Below are positions 44,548 through 53,208 of a stretch of 64,000 nucleotides of DNA, piece after piece. Position 1 is the stretch's first letter. The number at the start of each line of letters is the position of its first letter. The translations under genes and the position numbers were made by a program. Under the pieces are notes generated by a model. The model saw only the letters and a list, made by a program, of their open reading frames with translations, had not been told where the DNA came from and did not search any database. The DNA is from Dehalococcoidia bacterium (GTDB lineage: Bacteria; Chloroflexota; Dehalococcoidia; Lucifugimonadales; Australimonadaceae): assembly GCA_965208625.1 (NCBI GenBank), contig OZ242348.1, positions 1,233,948-1,297,947 on the forward strand, given 5' to 3'.

Positions 44548-46521
44548 ATGTTCAGTTCCACCGTCCGCAGCATACTCGCCGTCTCTGCGAGTCTCCTGCT
44601 CATCGGGGCGTGCGCCGCTCCGACGCCGACGCCAGACCTCACGCCGACGCCAACTCTTGCGCCCGCCCCGACTCTCGCGCCAACCCTGCCTTCGCCAACG
44701 CCGACGTCAATCCTCGCACCAACCCCACCTTTGCCAATGCCGCCACCTTCCGCAGGGAACCAGCCAGTAACGCTGTTGAGCGAATTCATGCACGCATGCG
44801 TTCTGCGTCCCAACGGCAGCGCCGTTTGCTGGGGAAGGAACGAGGCAGGGCAATCGTCACCACCGGAAGACGAACGGTTCGTGTCCCTCGCCGGGGGCAT
44901 AGCCCACACGTGCGGCCTGCGCGCCGATGGCAGCGTCGTCTGCTGGGGGAGTGACTCGAAAGGGCAATCATCACCACCGGAAGGCGAGCGGTTCGTATAT
45001 CTCGCCGGAGGCAGCGCTCACACGTGCGGCCTGCGCGCCGACGGCAGCGCCGTCTGCTGGGGAAGGAACGAGGCAGGGCAATCGTCGCCGCCGGAAGGCG
45101 AGCGGTTCGTGTCCCTCGCCGGAGGGGAGGCCCACACGTGCGGGTTACGCACCGGCGGGAGCCTCATCTGCTGGGGGAACGGCCTGGACGCGCAAAGGCC
45201 GCCCCCGGAAGGCATCACGGCTGAGGAGTGGACGCAGGTGTGGAACGATCAGCTCGTTCCGGCCCCGGAAAACGAGCGGTTCGTATATCTCGCCGGAGGG
45301 GAGGCTCACACGTGCGGCCTGCGCGCCGACGGCAGCGCCGTCTGCTGGGGCTGGAGTCCGCAAGGGCAAGCGTCACCACCGAAAGGCGAGCGGTTCGTAT
45401 CCCTCGCCGGAGGCAGCGGTCACACGTGCGGCCTCCGGCGCGTAGGCCGCGCCGTCTGCTGGGGCTGGAACGAGTTCGGAATGTCGTCACCGCCGCAAAG
45501 CGAGCGGTTCGCGCTCATCAGTGGCGGCCTCGATTACACATGCGGAGCACGAGCCGACGGGAGTGTCAGATGCTGGGGGCAGGGCAATACTGCGGTCGCG
45601 GCGCTGTTGGAAGACATCGCTGACCTGCGGGTAGACGTCAGCGGGGCGGCAGTACCGGTCCCACGCCCACGCCGCACCCCTGTCCCAGCAAACTTCCGCG
45701 CGCCAGAGCAGCCGGTGACGCTCAGCATGGGCGAGGGGCACGTATGCGGCCTCCGCCCCGATGGACGCCCCGCGTGCTGGGGGCAACCGCCGCCGGAGGG
45801 AGAGCGGTTCACCTCCATCAGCAGCGGGACATACCACACGTGCGGCCTACGGCCCGACGGCAGCGCCGTCTGCTGGGACGCGGCGAGCGAGGGGCAGGCC
45901 GCCACCTGGGCACCGCCCGTGTATGGACCGCTCGCGGCGATCAGCAGCGGCCTCTACCACAGCTGCGGCCTCCGCTCCGACGGACGCGCCGTGTGCTGGA
46001 CGATCAAAGGAGAATCTCCTGCGTGGGCTTCGCCCGAGGAAGAGCGGTTCACGTCCATCAGCAGTGGCGGTCAAAGCACATGCGGCCTGCGGCCTGATGG
46101 AAGCATCGCCTGCTGGGGCGCCCCCTGGTCATCATGGCTGCTGCCGCCGGAGGACGAGCGCTTCGTGTCGCTCAGCGTCGGGGGAAACTATATGTGCGCG
46201 TTGCGCGCGGACGGCAGCGCGGTCTGCCGGGGAAGCAATACCGAAGGACAATCGTCGCCGCCGGAAGACGAGCGGTTCGCGGCGCTGTCCAGCGGTCGTC
46301 ACCACACCTGCGGGTTGCGCACGGACGGCAGCCCCGTCTGCTGGGGAATCAACATGAGCGAGGCTGCACCGCAGGACGACCGATTCGTGTCCATCGTTTC
46401 CGGGAAGACCGCGGACGCATGCGGGTTGCGCCACGATGGAGAAGTCGTCTGCTGGGGATTCGGGCTTGTTACGATTCCTGAGGGGGAGCGGTTCGCGGTC
46501 GGGAGGCCGGAGGTCGGATAA
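44548..46521 (+). CDS. lipoprotein with 14 short RCC1-like repeats (predicted tandem seven-bladed beta-propellers)
   Basis: Lipobox LLIGAC and a Pro/Thr linker, then 14 units of the type GG-x-AHTCGLRADGSAVCWG-x5-GQSSPPEGERFVSLA. They are arranged 7 + 7 around a Pro-rich spacer. Confidence 0.85.
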   Translation: MFSSTVRSILAVSASLLLIGACAAPTPTPDLTPTPTLAPAPTLAPTLPSPTPTSILAPTPPLPMPPPSAGNQPVTLLSEFMHACVLRPNGSAVCWGRNEAGQSSPPEDERFVSLAGGIAHTCGLRADGSVVCWGSDSKGQSSPPEGERFVYLAGGSAHTCGLRADGSAVCWGRNEAGQSSPPEGERFVSLAGGEAHTCGLRTGGSLICWGNGLDAQRPPPEGITAEEWTQVWNDQLVPAPENERFVYLAGGEAHTCGLRADGSAVCWGWSPQGQASPPKGERFVSLAGGSGHTCGLRRVGRAVCWGWNEFGMSSPPQSERFALISGGLDYTCGARADGSVRCWGQGNTAVAALLEDIADLRVDVSGAAVPVPRPRRTPVPANFRAPEQPVTLSMGEGHVCGLRPDGRPACWGQPPPEGERFTSISSGTYHTCGLRPDGSAVCWDAASEGQAATWAPPVYGPLAAISSGLYHSCGLRSDGRAVCWTIKGESPAWASPEEERFTSISSGGQSTCGLRPDGSIACWGAPWSSWLLPPEDERFVSLSVGGNYMCALRADGSAVCRGSNTEGQSSPPEDERFAALSSGRHHTCGLRTDGSPVCWGINMSEAAPQDDRFVSIVSGKTADACGLRHDGEVVCWGFGLVTIPEGERFAVGRPEVG

Positions 46522-46526
46522 CCACA

Positions 46527-46567
46527 CCCGAGAGAAGCTTCGGATCCGCTCAGCATGACAAGGCCCA
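46527..46567. repeat. intergenic repeat family B, copy 2
   Basis: See 38260-38300. Immediately 3' of the RCC1-like gene. Confidence 0.6.
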
Positions 46568-46610
46568 CGCCCCACCCCGCCTGTGTGCGCTCCGCTGTCG
46601 CGCACGCTGG

Positions 46611-46630
46611 ATTCCCGTTTTCACGGGAAT
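46611..46630. terminator. stem-loop between convergent genes (bidirectional terminator or REP-like element)
   Basis: 8-bp stem ATTCCCGT / ACGGGAAT with loop TTTC, between gene ends at 46521 (+) and 46667 (-). Confidence 0.5.
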
Positions 46631-46666
46631 GACAGAAGAGGCGGGAGAGGCGGGAGTGACGAGGTA

Positions 46667-47905
46667 TCAGAGGCCGTAGTCCGGCGACATCGGCACCTGG
46701 TGCGTGAGCTGCACGTCCTTGCCGGTGCGCGACGACTCCATGATGCCCGTGATGAGCTCCAGCGTCGCCATGCCCCAGAGGCCGTCGTGGTAGACGGGCG
46801 CGTCGTTCCGCACGGCGTTGTAGAGCTCCATCAGGTCTTCCCTGCCCGCGTGGTAGCGCGAGATCGTGAGCGAGCGGTCCTCGATGCCGCCGTCCTTGTA
46901 GACGTACAGCCCGTAGCGGGACTGCCGCAGGTCGCCGCGTTCACACGTCGCGATAAGGATGCCGAGGTTCGTCGGACGCCACGGCGGGACCTCCTTCGGC
47001 TGCTCGCGCCAGAAGCGGCGCTCGTGCTCGGAGCCGATGCGGAGCGAGTCCTTCGCCTCGAACTCGTCGCGGGTACCGTCCTTGAGGCCGGCGCGGATCT
47101 GGACGCGGTCGTCGTGGGTGTAGCCCTCGATGAGTCCCCTGCCCTGCTCGTCGCTCCACGGCACGAGGTCGGCGGTCATCGAGTAGCCGTAGCCGTTGTT
47201 GGTGACGGAAGCCGTTGCGCCGTCCTCGAACTCCATGAACGCGGAGTAGTAGCCGACGGCGTTGCGCTCCGGCCACCACTTGCCCGTGGTCCCACGTATC
47301 GTGCGCACCATACCGCCGCCGAGCACGCGCAGGCTGTCCAATTGGTGCGGCCCCTGGCGGTAGAGGACACCGCCACCCACGCTCTCGTCCAGCTCTTCCG
47401 GCTGGCGCGCCTGGAGCATCCAGTCCGTGAACGCCCAGTTGTTGAGCGCCTTGAGTGGACCTAGTTCACCGGAGAGGATGATGCGCCGCATCTCCAGGAC
47501 GGGTGGGCTGAAGCCGAGCGTGTGACCGCAGAGCAGCTTCACGCCATTCTTCGCGGCAGCGTCAACCATCGCCTCGGCTTCCTGCATGTTCAGGGCCATC
47601 GGCTTCTCGGAGACGGCGTGCTTGCCCGCGTTCGCAACGAGTACGACGTGCGGGCTGTGGAAGTTGTTCGGCGTCGCTACCCAAACGGCCTCGACGTCCG
47701 GGTCGGCGCAGAGCGCTTCGGCGCTGTCGTAGACGCGGGCTTCCGGGAAGCGGGCCTGAAACGCCTCGCGGACCCGAGGGTTCGTGTCCGCCGCGGCCAT
47801 CAGTTCAATCTCGTCCAGGCTCTCCATGCTGGGCATGATCTGCGTCGCGCCGACGCCCACGCCGATAACGCCCATCTTCAAGGGTCTGGCAGAGCCTGTG
47901 GTCAT
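46667..47905 (-). CDS. Gfo/Idh/MocA family oxidoreductase
   Basis: KMGVIGVGVGATQIMPSM Rossmann motif and VSEKPMALNMQEAEAMV. Collinear with 30448-31674. Confidence 0.85.
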   Translation of the reverse strand: MTTGSARPLKMGVIGVGVGATQIMPSMESLDEIELMAAADTNPRVREAFQARFPEARVYDSAEALCADPDVEAVWVATPNNFHSPHVVLVANAGKHAVSEKPMALNMQEAEAMVDAAAKNGVKLLCGHTLGFSPPVLEMRRIILSGELGPLKALNNWAFTDWMLQARQPEELDESVGGGVLYRQGPHQLDSLRVLGGGMVRTIRGTTGKWWPERNAVGYYSAFMEFEDGATASVTNNGYGYSMTADLVPWSDEQGRGLIEGYTHDDRVQIRAGLKDGTRDEFEAKDSLRIGSEHERRFWREQPKEVPPWRPTNLGILIATCERGDLRQSRYGLYVYKDGGIEDRSLTISRYHAGREDLMELYNAVRNDAPVYHDGLWGMATLELITGIMESSRTGKDVQLTHQVPMSPDYGL

Positions 47906-48019
47906 GGTTCGCTCCTGTTCCGGCGCCCCTGTCTGCAGGGAACCCGACGTGCTGTGTCATGGCGAGGCGTTCACCCGATGAGGTCTTCGAATCCGATGCG
48001 CCACCCGGGACGACGGCAA

Positions 48020-49075
48020 CTACCCGATCGCGCCGACGACTTCCTGCCGCTTGCCCTCTTCCTCGCGGTAGAGGCCCATCGCCTCGATCACAGGCAGGTC
48101 GCTCATAGAGAAGAGCACTGCGTCGTCTGACGAGTCGGTGCCGTGCTCGTGCAGTGCCCACGAGGGCAGGACGAAGGTGTCGCCCTTCGTCCATTCGAGC
48201 TGCTTGCCGTCGATGATTGAGTAGCCCTCGCCCTTAGCGACGTGGTAGACGACGCTGGACGTGTGGCGGTGGGCTTCGGTGTGCGAGCCGGGCGCGAGAC
48301 GCTGCAGTTTGAGCGCGAGCGTCGGCATGGAGTGCCCGCCCGTCACCGGGTTGGCGTACTCCATCATCACGCCGTCGAAGGGATCCTCTTCGCCGTAGCC
48401 GAGGAGCGCGCCGTAGGCCTCGTCCCACCGGTAGGTGAGCGGGAGAGCGCCGCCGTGGACGTCTCCCAGGTTGGGGCGCATGAGGCCGTTGCCGATAGAG
48501 GCGTTGGTGAAGCCGACGGGCTTGGTCACGGGCTGCACGTCCTCCGGGAACGGCTCCTGGAACATGGCGTCCAGGTAACCGACCAACGGAGCGTCGAGGC
48601 AGTCGAGCCAGATGACGGGCTTGTCGGTCGGGTTGTTGTGGTCGTGCCACGCCCAGCTGGGGGAGAGGACCAAGTCGCCCTCCTGCATCCGGAAGCGCTC
48701 CCCCTCCTGCACCGTGAAGGCGCCTTCACCCTCGATGACGAACCGGATCGCAGCGGCGGTGTGGCGGTGCGCCTCGGCGATCTCGCCGGGCCAGACGATC
48801 TGGACGGCCGCGGACATCGTCTTGGTCGCGCCGGCCATCGGGCTCTTCAGGCCGGGGTTGCGCATCGTGAGCGCCCGGCGGAAGCCCTGCCCTTTCAGGC
48901 TCTCCAGTGCGCCCGCCTGTATCGCCAGTTCGCGCATCTTGTCCCAGCGCCACACGTGCGGCGCGAGTTTCGGACGCTCGGGCGGGTTCGCGTGCATCAC
49001 CCACAGTGGGTTGATGTTCTCGTCGTCCAACTCCTGGTGGTACGCCTTCTCACTCTCCGGCATCGTCCAGGTCAT
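48020..49075 (-). CDS. gentisate 1,2-dioxygenase family bicupin dioxygenase
   Basis: 351 aa. VQIVWPGEIAEAHRHTAAAIRFVIEGEGAFTVQEGERFRMQEGDLVLSPSWAWHDH matches the GDO iron-binding cupin signature. Confidence 0.8.
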   Translation of the reverse strand: MTWTMPESEKAYHQELDDENINPLWVMHANPPERPKLAPHVWRWDKMRELAIQAGALESLKGQGFRRALTMRNPGLKSPMAGATKTMSAAVQIVWPGEIAEAHRHTAAAIRFVIEGEGAFTVQEGERFRMQEGDLVLSPSWAWHDHNNPTDKPVIWLDCLDAPLVGYLDAMFQEPFPEDVQPVTKPVGFTNASIGNGLMRPNLGDVHGGALPLTYRWDEAYGALLGYGEEDPFDGVMMEYANPVTGGHSMPTLALKLQRLAPGSHTEAHRHTSSVVYHVAKGEGYSIIDGKQLEWTKGDTFVLPSWALHEHGTDSSDDAVLFSMSDLPVIEAMGLYREEEGKRQEVVGAIG

Positions 49076-49085
49076 GGTCGTCCTC

Positions 49086-49946
49086 CTACTCTCTTGCCTG
49101 CGCTCTTGCGGACAGTTCGCCTACCTGACTTATGTGTATCGTCACCAGATCGCCCGGTCCAACCGAGCCGACCCCCTCCGGCGTGCCCGTGAAGACGAGG
49201 TCGCCCGGCTCCATGCGGGCCACCCACGACATGTTGGCTATCTGGTTCTTGCAGTCCACGATCATGTCGCGCGTGAATGCGTGCTGGCGTAACTCCTCGT
49301 TCACCCAGAGGTTAATTTCGAGGTCCTGCGGGTCCGGTATCTCGTCTGCCGTCACGATGCACGAACCGATGGGCGCAAAGGTGTCGAACGACTTGCGCTT
49401 GCTCCTGTCCTCGGGTCCGCGCACGGTCATGTCCAGACCGCAGGTGTAGCCGAAGACATGCGAGAGCGCCTCGTCCAGCGGAATCATGCTGCCGCCCCTG
49501 CCGATGACCATGACGAGTTCGGACTCGTGGTGGATGACGCGGTCCGAGTACGGCAGCAGGATGGGGTCGTTCGGGCCGGAGACAGCGCTGGACGCCTTCA
49601 GGAACATCCCCTGGTCGGACGACACCTGGGGAGCGGTGCCGCTCCATGGGCTTTCCTGCATCTCCGCCTGATGCGCCCTGTAGTTGACGGGCTGCGCGTA
49701 CACTTTGCGCGGCGCGGGCACCGGCGGCAGCAGGCTCACGGAGCCGAGCGGCACGCCGCTCTCCGACGCCGCCATCGACTCCACCTGCGGCCGTAGACCG
49801 TCCCATCGCTCGATGAGGAGCAGCATGCGCATAGGCTCGAACTCGTCCGGTAGCTCCGGCAGCAGGCTGGTGACGTCGACGACGGCGTCGCTATCGGTCA
49901 ACACGCCTATGCGGTAATCGTCGAAACTCACGAGGCGCATACGCAC
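49086..49946 (-). CDS. fumarylacetoacetate hydrolase (FAH) family protein (fumaryl-/maleylpyruvate hydrolase candidate)
   Basis: 286 aa. HESELVMVIG, FDTFAPIGSCIV and GDLVFTGTPEGVG. Lies 10 nt upstream of the GDO gene on the same strand. Confidence 0.85.
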   Translation of the reverse strand: MRMRLVSFDDYRIGVLTDSDAVVDVTSLLPELPDEFEPMRMLLLIERWDGLRPQVESMAASESGVPLGSVSLLPPVPAPRKVYAQPVNYRAHQAEMQESPWSGTAPQVSSDQGMFLKASSAVSGPNDPILLPYSDRVIHHESELVMVIGRGGSMIPLDEALSHVFGYTCGLDMTVRGPEDRSKRKSFDTFAPIGSCIVTADEIPDPQDLEINLWVNEELRQHAFTRDMIVDCKNQIANMSWVARMEPGDLVFTGTPEGVGSVGPGDLVTIHISQVGELSARAQARE

Positions 49947-50043
49947 CCTCCCGTTCGCTTATCAGGCATGACGCTAACACCGGCGCAGAGGCGGGGTCAA
50001 CGCGCGTCGGAGCCGTCGCTGACGCGCCGATTCCGACGCGTTG

Positions 50044-50658
50044 TCAGTGCAGCGGCGAGAACGACGCAGGAACCATGTGCCGCACGAGCTGATGCACCGC
50101 ACTCACGTCCGTGTGCGCCGGCCAGATGCCTTCCTTAAGGTAGATGCCGCGGAGTTCATCCCGGTGCGCCCAGTCCTTGTACGGCCAGAGCTGGTAAAAG
50201 CGGTTGAGCTGCCCCAGGTCGCTCATGAAGAAGCAACCGGGATACATCTCCAGCCGCTTCGTGGCCTGCTCGCTGAACTGCTGCATCACGGAGCGGACGG
50301 TGCCCGACGGGAAGGTGTACATCCGCAACTCGTAGAGGCTGCCCCACTCGCGCGGGCCGTCCAGCGAGTCGTTCACTGCCGAGCCCACGAGGATGTCACT
50401 CTCCATAGAGACGATGAACTCCGTGATGTCCGGTGGCCAGATGCCATCCGCGATGGCCTTGGTACGCACGTCCGCGCGCTGCTGCAGCGTCTCGTATGCC
50501 CACAGATGAACGATCTGGTTGAGCGGCCCGATCTCCGTGTGCCAGAAGCCGACCAGAGGCGAGAGTTTCGTGCGCCCCTCTATCTTCTCGGCGAAGCGCC
50601 GCTCCACCTCGGGCACGGAATTGGCCGTGAGATTGTATGTCCGCAGTTCGTAGATCAT
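50044..50658 (-). CDS. NIPSNAP family protein (two NIPSNAP domains)
   Basis: Start set at the ATG 50656-50658 (AGGAGG 7 nt upstream). MIYELRTYNL... and a second domain LYELRMYTF.... Confidence 0.75.
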   Translation of the reverse strand: MIYELRTYNLTANSVPEVERRFAEKIEGRTKLSPLVGFWHTEIGPLNQIVHLWAYETLQQRADVRTKAIADGIWPPDITEFIVSMESDILVGSAVNDSLDGPREWGSLYELRMYTFPSGTVRSVMQQFSEQATKRLEMYPGCFFMSDLGQLNRFYQLWPYKDWAHRDELRGIYLKEGIWPAHTDVSAVHQLVRHMVPASFSPLH

Positions 50659-50906
50659 CCGCATTCCTCCTGGAAAGGTCAGGGTGAGTGTAGCGCAGCG
50701 CGGAAATCCGCGCCGCACACCTGCGGTCTCTTCTGAGGAGCATCCGGGCGGGGTGGATGGTGTGCAATTCCGCCGCATCAGGCGTAATTCTGCGAAATTC
50801 CCTCAAAAATGAGGCTTCAGGGGACTTGTAGAGTGCCTATCTGGTAGGAAAGCATTGCTCTGTGATACGGCAGCCCAAAGGCTGCAACAGCAGAAGGAGG
50901 ACAAGA

Positions 50907-51062
50907 ATGCAGGCATACTGCGTCAAGTGTCGGGACAAGCGCGACATGGGTAGCCCCCGCGACGAGACGACCAAGAACGGCAAGCCAATCATCAAGGGGA
51001 CATGCCCCGTCTGCGGCACGGGCCTCAACATCATCGGCAAGACCATGGCCCAGATGGGCTAG
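50907..51062 (+). CDS. small zinc-ribbon protein (DUF5679-like)
   Basis: 51 aa from the ATG 50907 (AAGGAGG upstream). MQAYCVKCRDKRDM...KGTCPVCGTGLNIIG carries two CxxC pairs. Confidence 0.65.
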   Translation: MQAYCVKCRDKRDMGSPRDETTKNGKPIIKGTCPVCGTGLNIIGKTMAQMG

Positions 51063-51079
51063 AGCCTCAGGCTCTTTGC

Positions 51080-51108
51080 GGGAAGCCCGGCGCAAGCCGG
51101 GCCTTCCC
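51080..51108. terminator. stem-loop between convergent genes
   Basis: GGGAAGCCCGGC / GCCGGGCCTTCCC (12 bp with one bulge) with loop GCAA. A second small palindrome AGAGCC-TCA-GGCTCT lies at 51061-51075. Confidence 0.5.
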
Positions 51109-51113
51109 GTTGC

Positions 51114-51947
51114 CTAGTACATCACGTCCCCACCGGAGACGGAGACAGCAAGGCCGGTTATGTAGTCCGACTCAGCGGACGATAGGAACGCGGCCATTTT
51201 TGCGATGTCCTCGGTTTCCGTAATCCGGCCGAGCGGGTTTGCCCGTGTGCGGTCGGCCACCATCCCCCGCAACTGCTCCTCAGCCGTCGTGCCTGACGGC
51301 TTGATGGCGTCGGCGATGTACGCGGCGCGCTCCGTCTCGGCGAGGCCTGGGCAGATAGCGTTCACGTTCACCCCGTGCGGCCCGAGTTCATGTGCGACGG
51401 ACTGGGTGAACCCAACCAGCGCGAATTTGGACGCCGTGTAAGCCGCGTAGCGCGGCATCCCCCGCTTCCCTGCCGTGGAAGCGATGGTGACGATCTTTCC
51501 CCCTCCCCCACGTTCGATCATGTGGCGCGCCACGGCGCGTGTGCAGAGGAACGTTCCGCGCACATTCACTCGTTGCACCTCGTCGAACGCCTCCTCCGTC
51601 AGCTCCACCAGCGGCACGCGGTCCGGCCCCGGACGCGACCCGGCGTTGTTCACCAGGATGTCTATCCGTCCGAAGCGTTCGAGCGTTTCCTGCACCATCC
51701 GGTCGACGGACGCGCTGTCCGACACGTCACCGACGAGCGCGAGCGAATGGCGTCCTGTTTCGGCAATCTCGGCTGCGACCGACTCCAGCCCCTGCCAGCC
51801 GCCCGCGCTGCCGTAGGGATTCAGCGCAACGTCATTGATGGCTACATCCGCGCCCTCGCACGCGAGGCGGTTGGCGATGGCGCGGCCGAAACCGCGTTCG
51901 CCGCCCGCACCCGTCACCAGTGCAACCTTGCCTGTCAGGTCGTACAT
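51114..51947 (-). CDS. short-chain dehydrogenase/reductase (SDR)
   Basis: Real start is the ATG 51945-51947 (MYDLTGKVALVTGAGGERGFGRAI), 2 nt after the TAA of the upstream amidohydrolase reading frame. YTASKFALVGFTQS active site. Confidence 0.9.
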   Translation of the reverse strand: MYDLTGKVALVTGAGGERGFGRAIANRLACEGADVAINDVALNPYGSAGGWQGLESVAAEIAETGRHSLALVGDVSDSASVDRMVQETLERFGRIDILVNNAGSRPGPDRVPLVELTEEAFDEVQRVNVRGTFLCTRAVARHMIERGGGGKIVTIASTAGKRGMPRYAAYTASKFALVGFTQSVAHELGPHGVNVNAICPGLAETERAAYIADAIKPSGTTAEEQLRGMVADRTRANPLGRITETEDIAKMAAFLSSAESDYITGLAVSVSGGDVMY

Positions 51948-51949
51948 GC

Positions 51950-52976
51950 TTACGCCATCCCGTAGAAACGCTGCGCGTTCAGCCCGACGACCTTCGCCCG
52001 CTGTTCGGGCGTCATGTCCTCGCGAGCGAGCAGATGTTGGATGTTCTCGGGAAATTCGGCGTCCCAGTGGGGGAAGTCGGACGCGAACATGATGATGTCC
52101 TCGCCCAGGATGCGCATCGTCTCCGGCAACATCCGCTTCTTCGGCCTCACAGGAGATGAAGATGTTGCCTGACGCGAGGTACTCGCTGGGATACTTCGTC
52201 AGCAGCGGCGAGTCCACGTGGCCGCGCAGGTGGTAGCGCTCGTCCATGCGGTCGAGCATGTAGACCGTCCAGCCGCAGCCCGCCTCCAGGAACGCGATCT
52301 TCAGGTCAGGGAACTTCTCCGGCACGCCGGACAGCATGATGCTCACGAACTGCTTCATCTGCGTGAACGCATGGCCGAGCGAGTGCACCTGCGAGAGGTT
52401 GTCGAACAGGAACTCGTCATAGGAGCCGGTGATGCGCCCGCTGCCGTGTACCGCCAACGGCACGCCGAGGCGTTGTGCCTCCTCGTAGATCACGTCGAAC
52501 TGCGGCTTGCCGAACTGGTACGGCCCTTCCGGCAGCATCCCGCCAAGCATGCCGAGCTCTTCGACACAGCGCCGTAGCTCCTGGGCCGCGGCGGGCGGGT
52601 CCTGCACGGGCAGCAGCGCAACGCCCTTAAATCGCGAGTCAAGCTGGAGGTAGGTATCGAACAGCCAGTTGTTGTAGGCGCGGGAGCGCACGATCGCGAA
52701 GTCCGGCTCCATGAGCCAGCCCGCGCCGAGGCTTCCCGTAGGGAAGAGCGCTGATGCTGCAAGCCCTCCGCGGTCCAGTGCGTCGAGCCAGACGCCGGTG
52801 TCCACCTGCCGGGTGCCGAGACGGCCACCGAGCGTGTTGTCGAACCCGTCCCGGGGGGAGTTCGCGCTCAGGCGCGGCCTCTCGTTGTAGGGCTCGGGCA
52901 GGTAGCGGCGAATGTCGTCGTCCGAGTCGCGCACGTGCCCATCGGCGTCTATACAGAGGGTTGCCGTTGTCGTCAT
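51950..52976 (-). pseudogene. amidohydrolase-2 family gene interrupted by a 1-nt frameshift near 52130-52145
   Basis: From the ATG 52974-52976 (AGGAG upstream) the product reads MTTTATLCIDADGHVRD...GNIFISCEAEE. The homologous C-terminus (K)RMLPETMRILGEDIIMFASDFPHWDAEF...RFYGMA continues in the +1 frame down to the TAA at 51950-51952. Confidence 0.7.
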
Positions 52977-53208
52977 GCCCGGTCTCCTGTTCCATTTCAT
53001 GTGGCTGGCGAGGCGCAGCATAGGCCGCCGGGGCAAACACGGCAACTTGCCGCGTTGCGTCAGCTTGTGAACAGGAATCACGCATCGACACTCCAACGAT
53101 TGACCGGACGCTTGCGCAAGAGGTAGAGTGCGCCGCAACAATCGCTGGCACCCACCGAACCGCTGGGCAGGCGGCTCGGTGGGACGTGTCTGGAACAGGG
53201 AGGATTTG

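Noticed and set aside
44770-46500. Regularly spaced DNA repeats considered as a possible CRISPR-like array
   Set aside because: The repeats are in-frame codons of the RCC1-like blades. They vary in length and sequence, have no unique spacers, and no cas genes are nearby.
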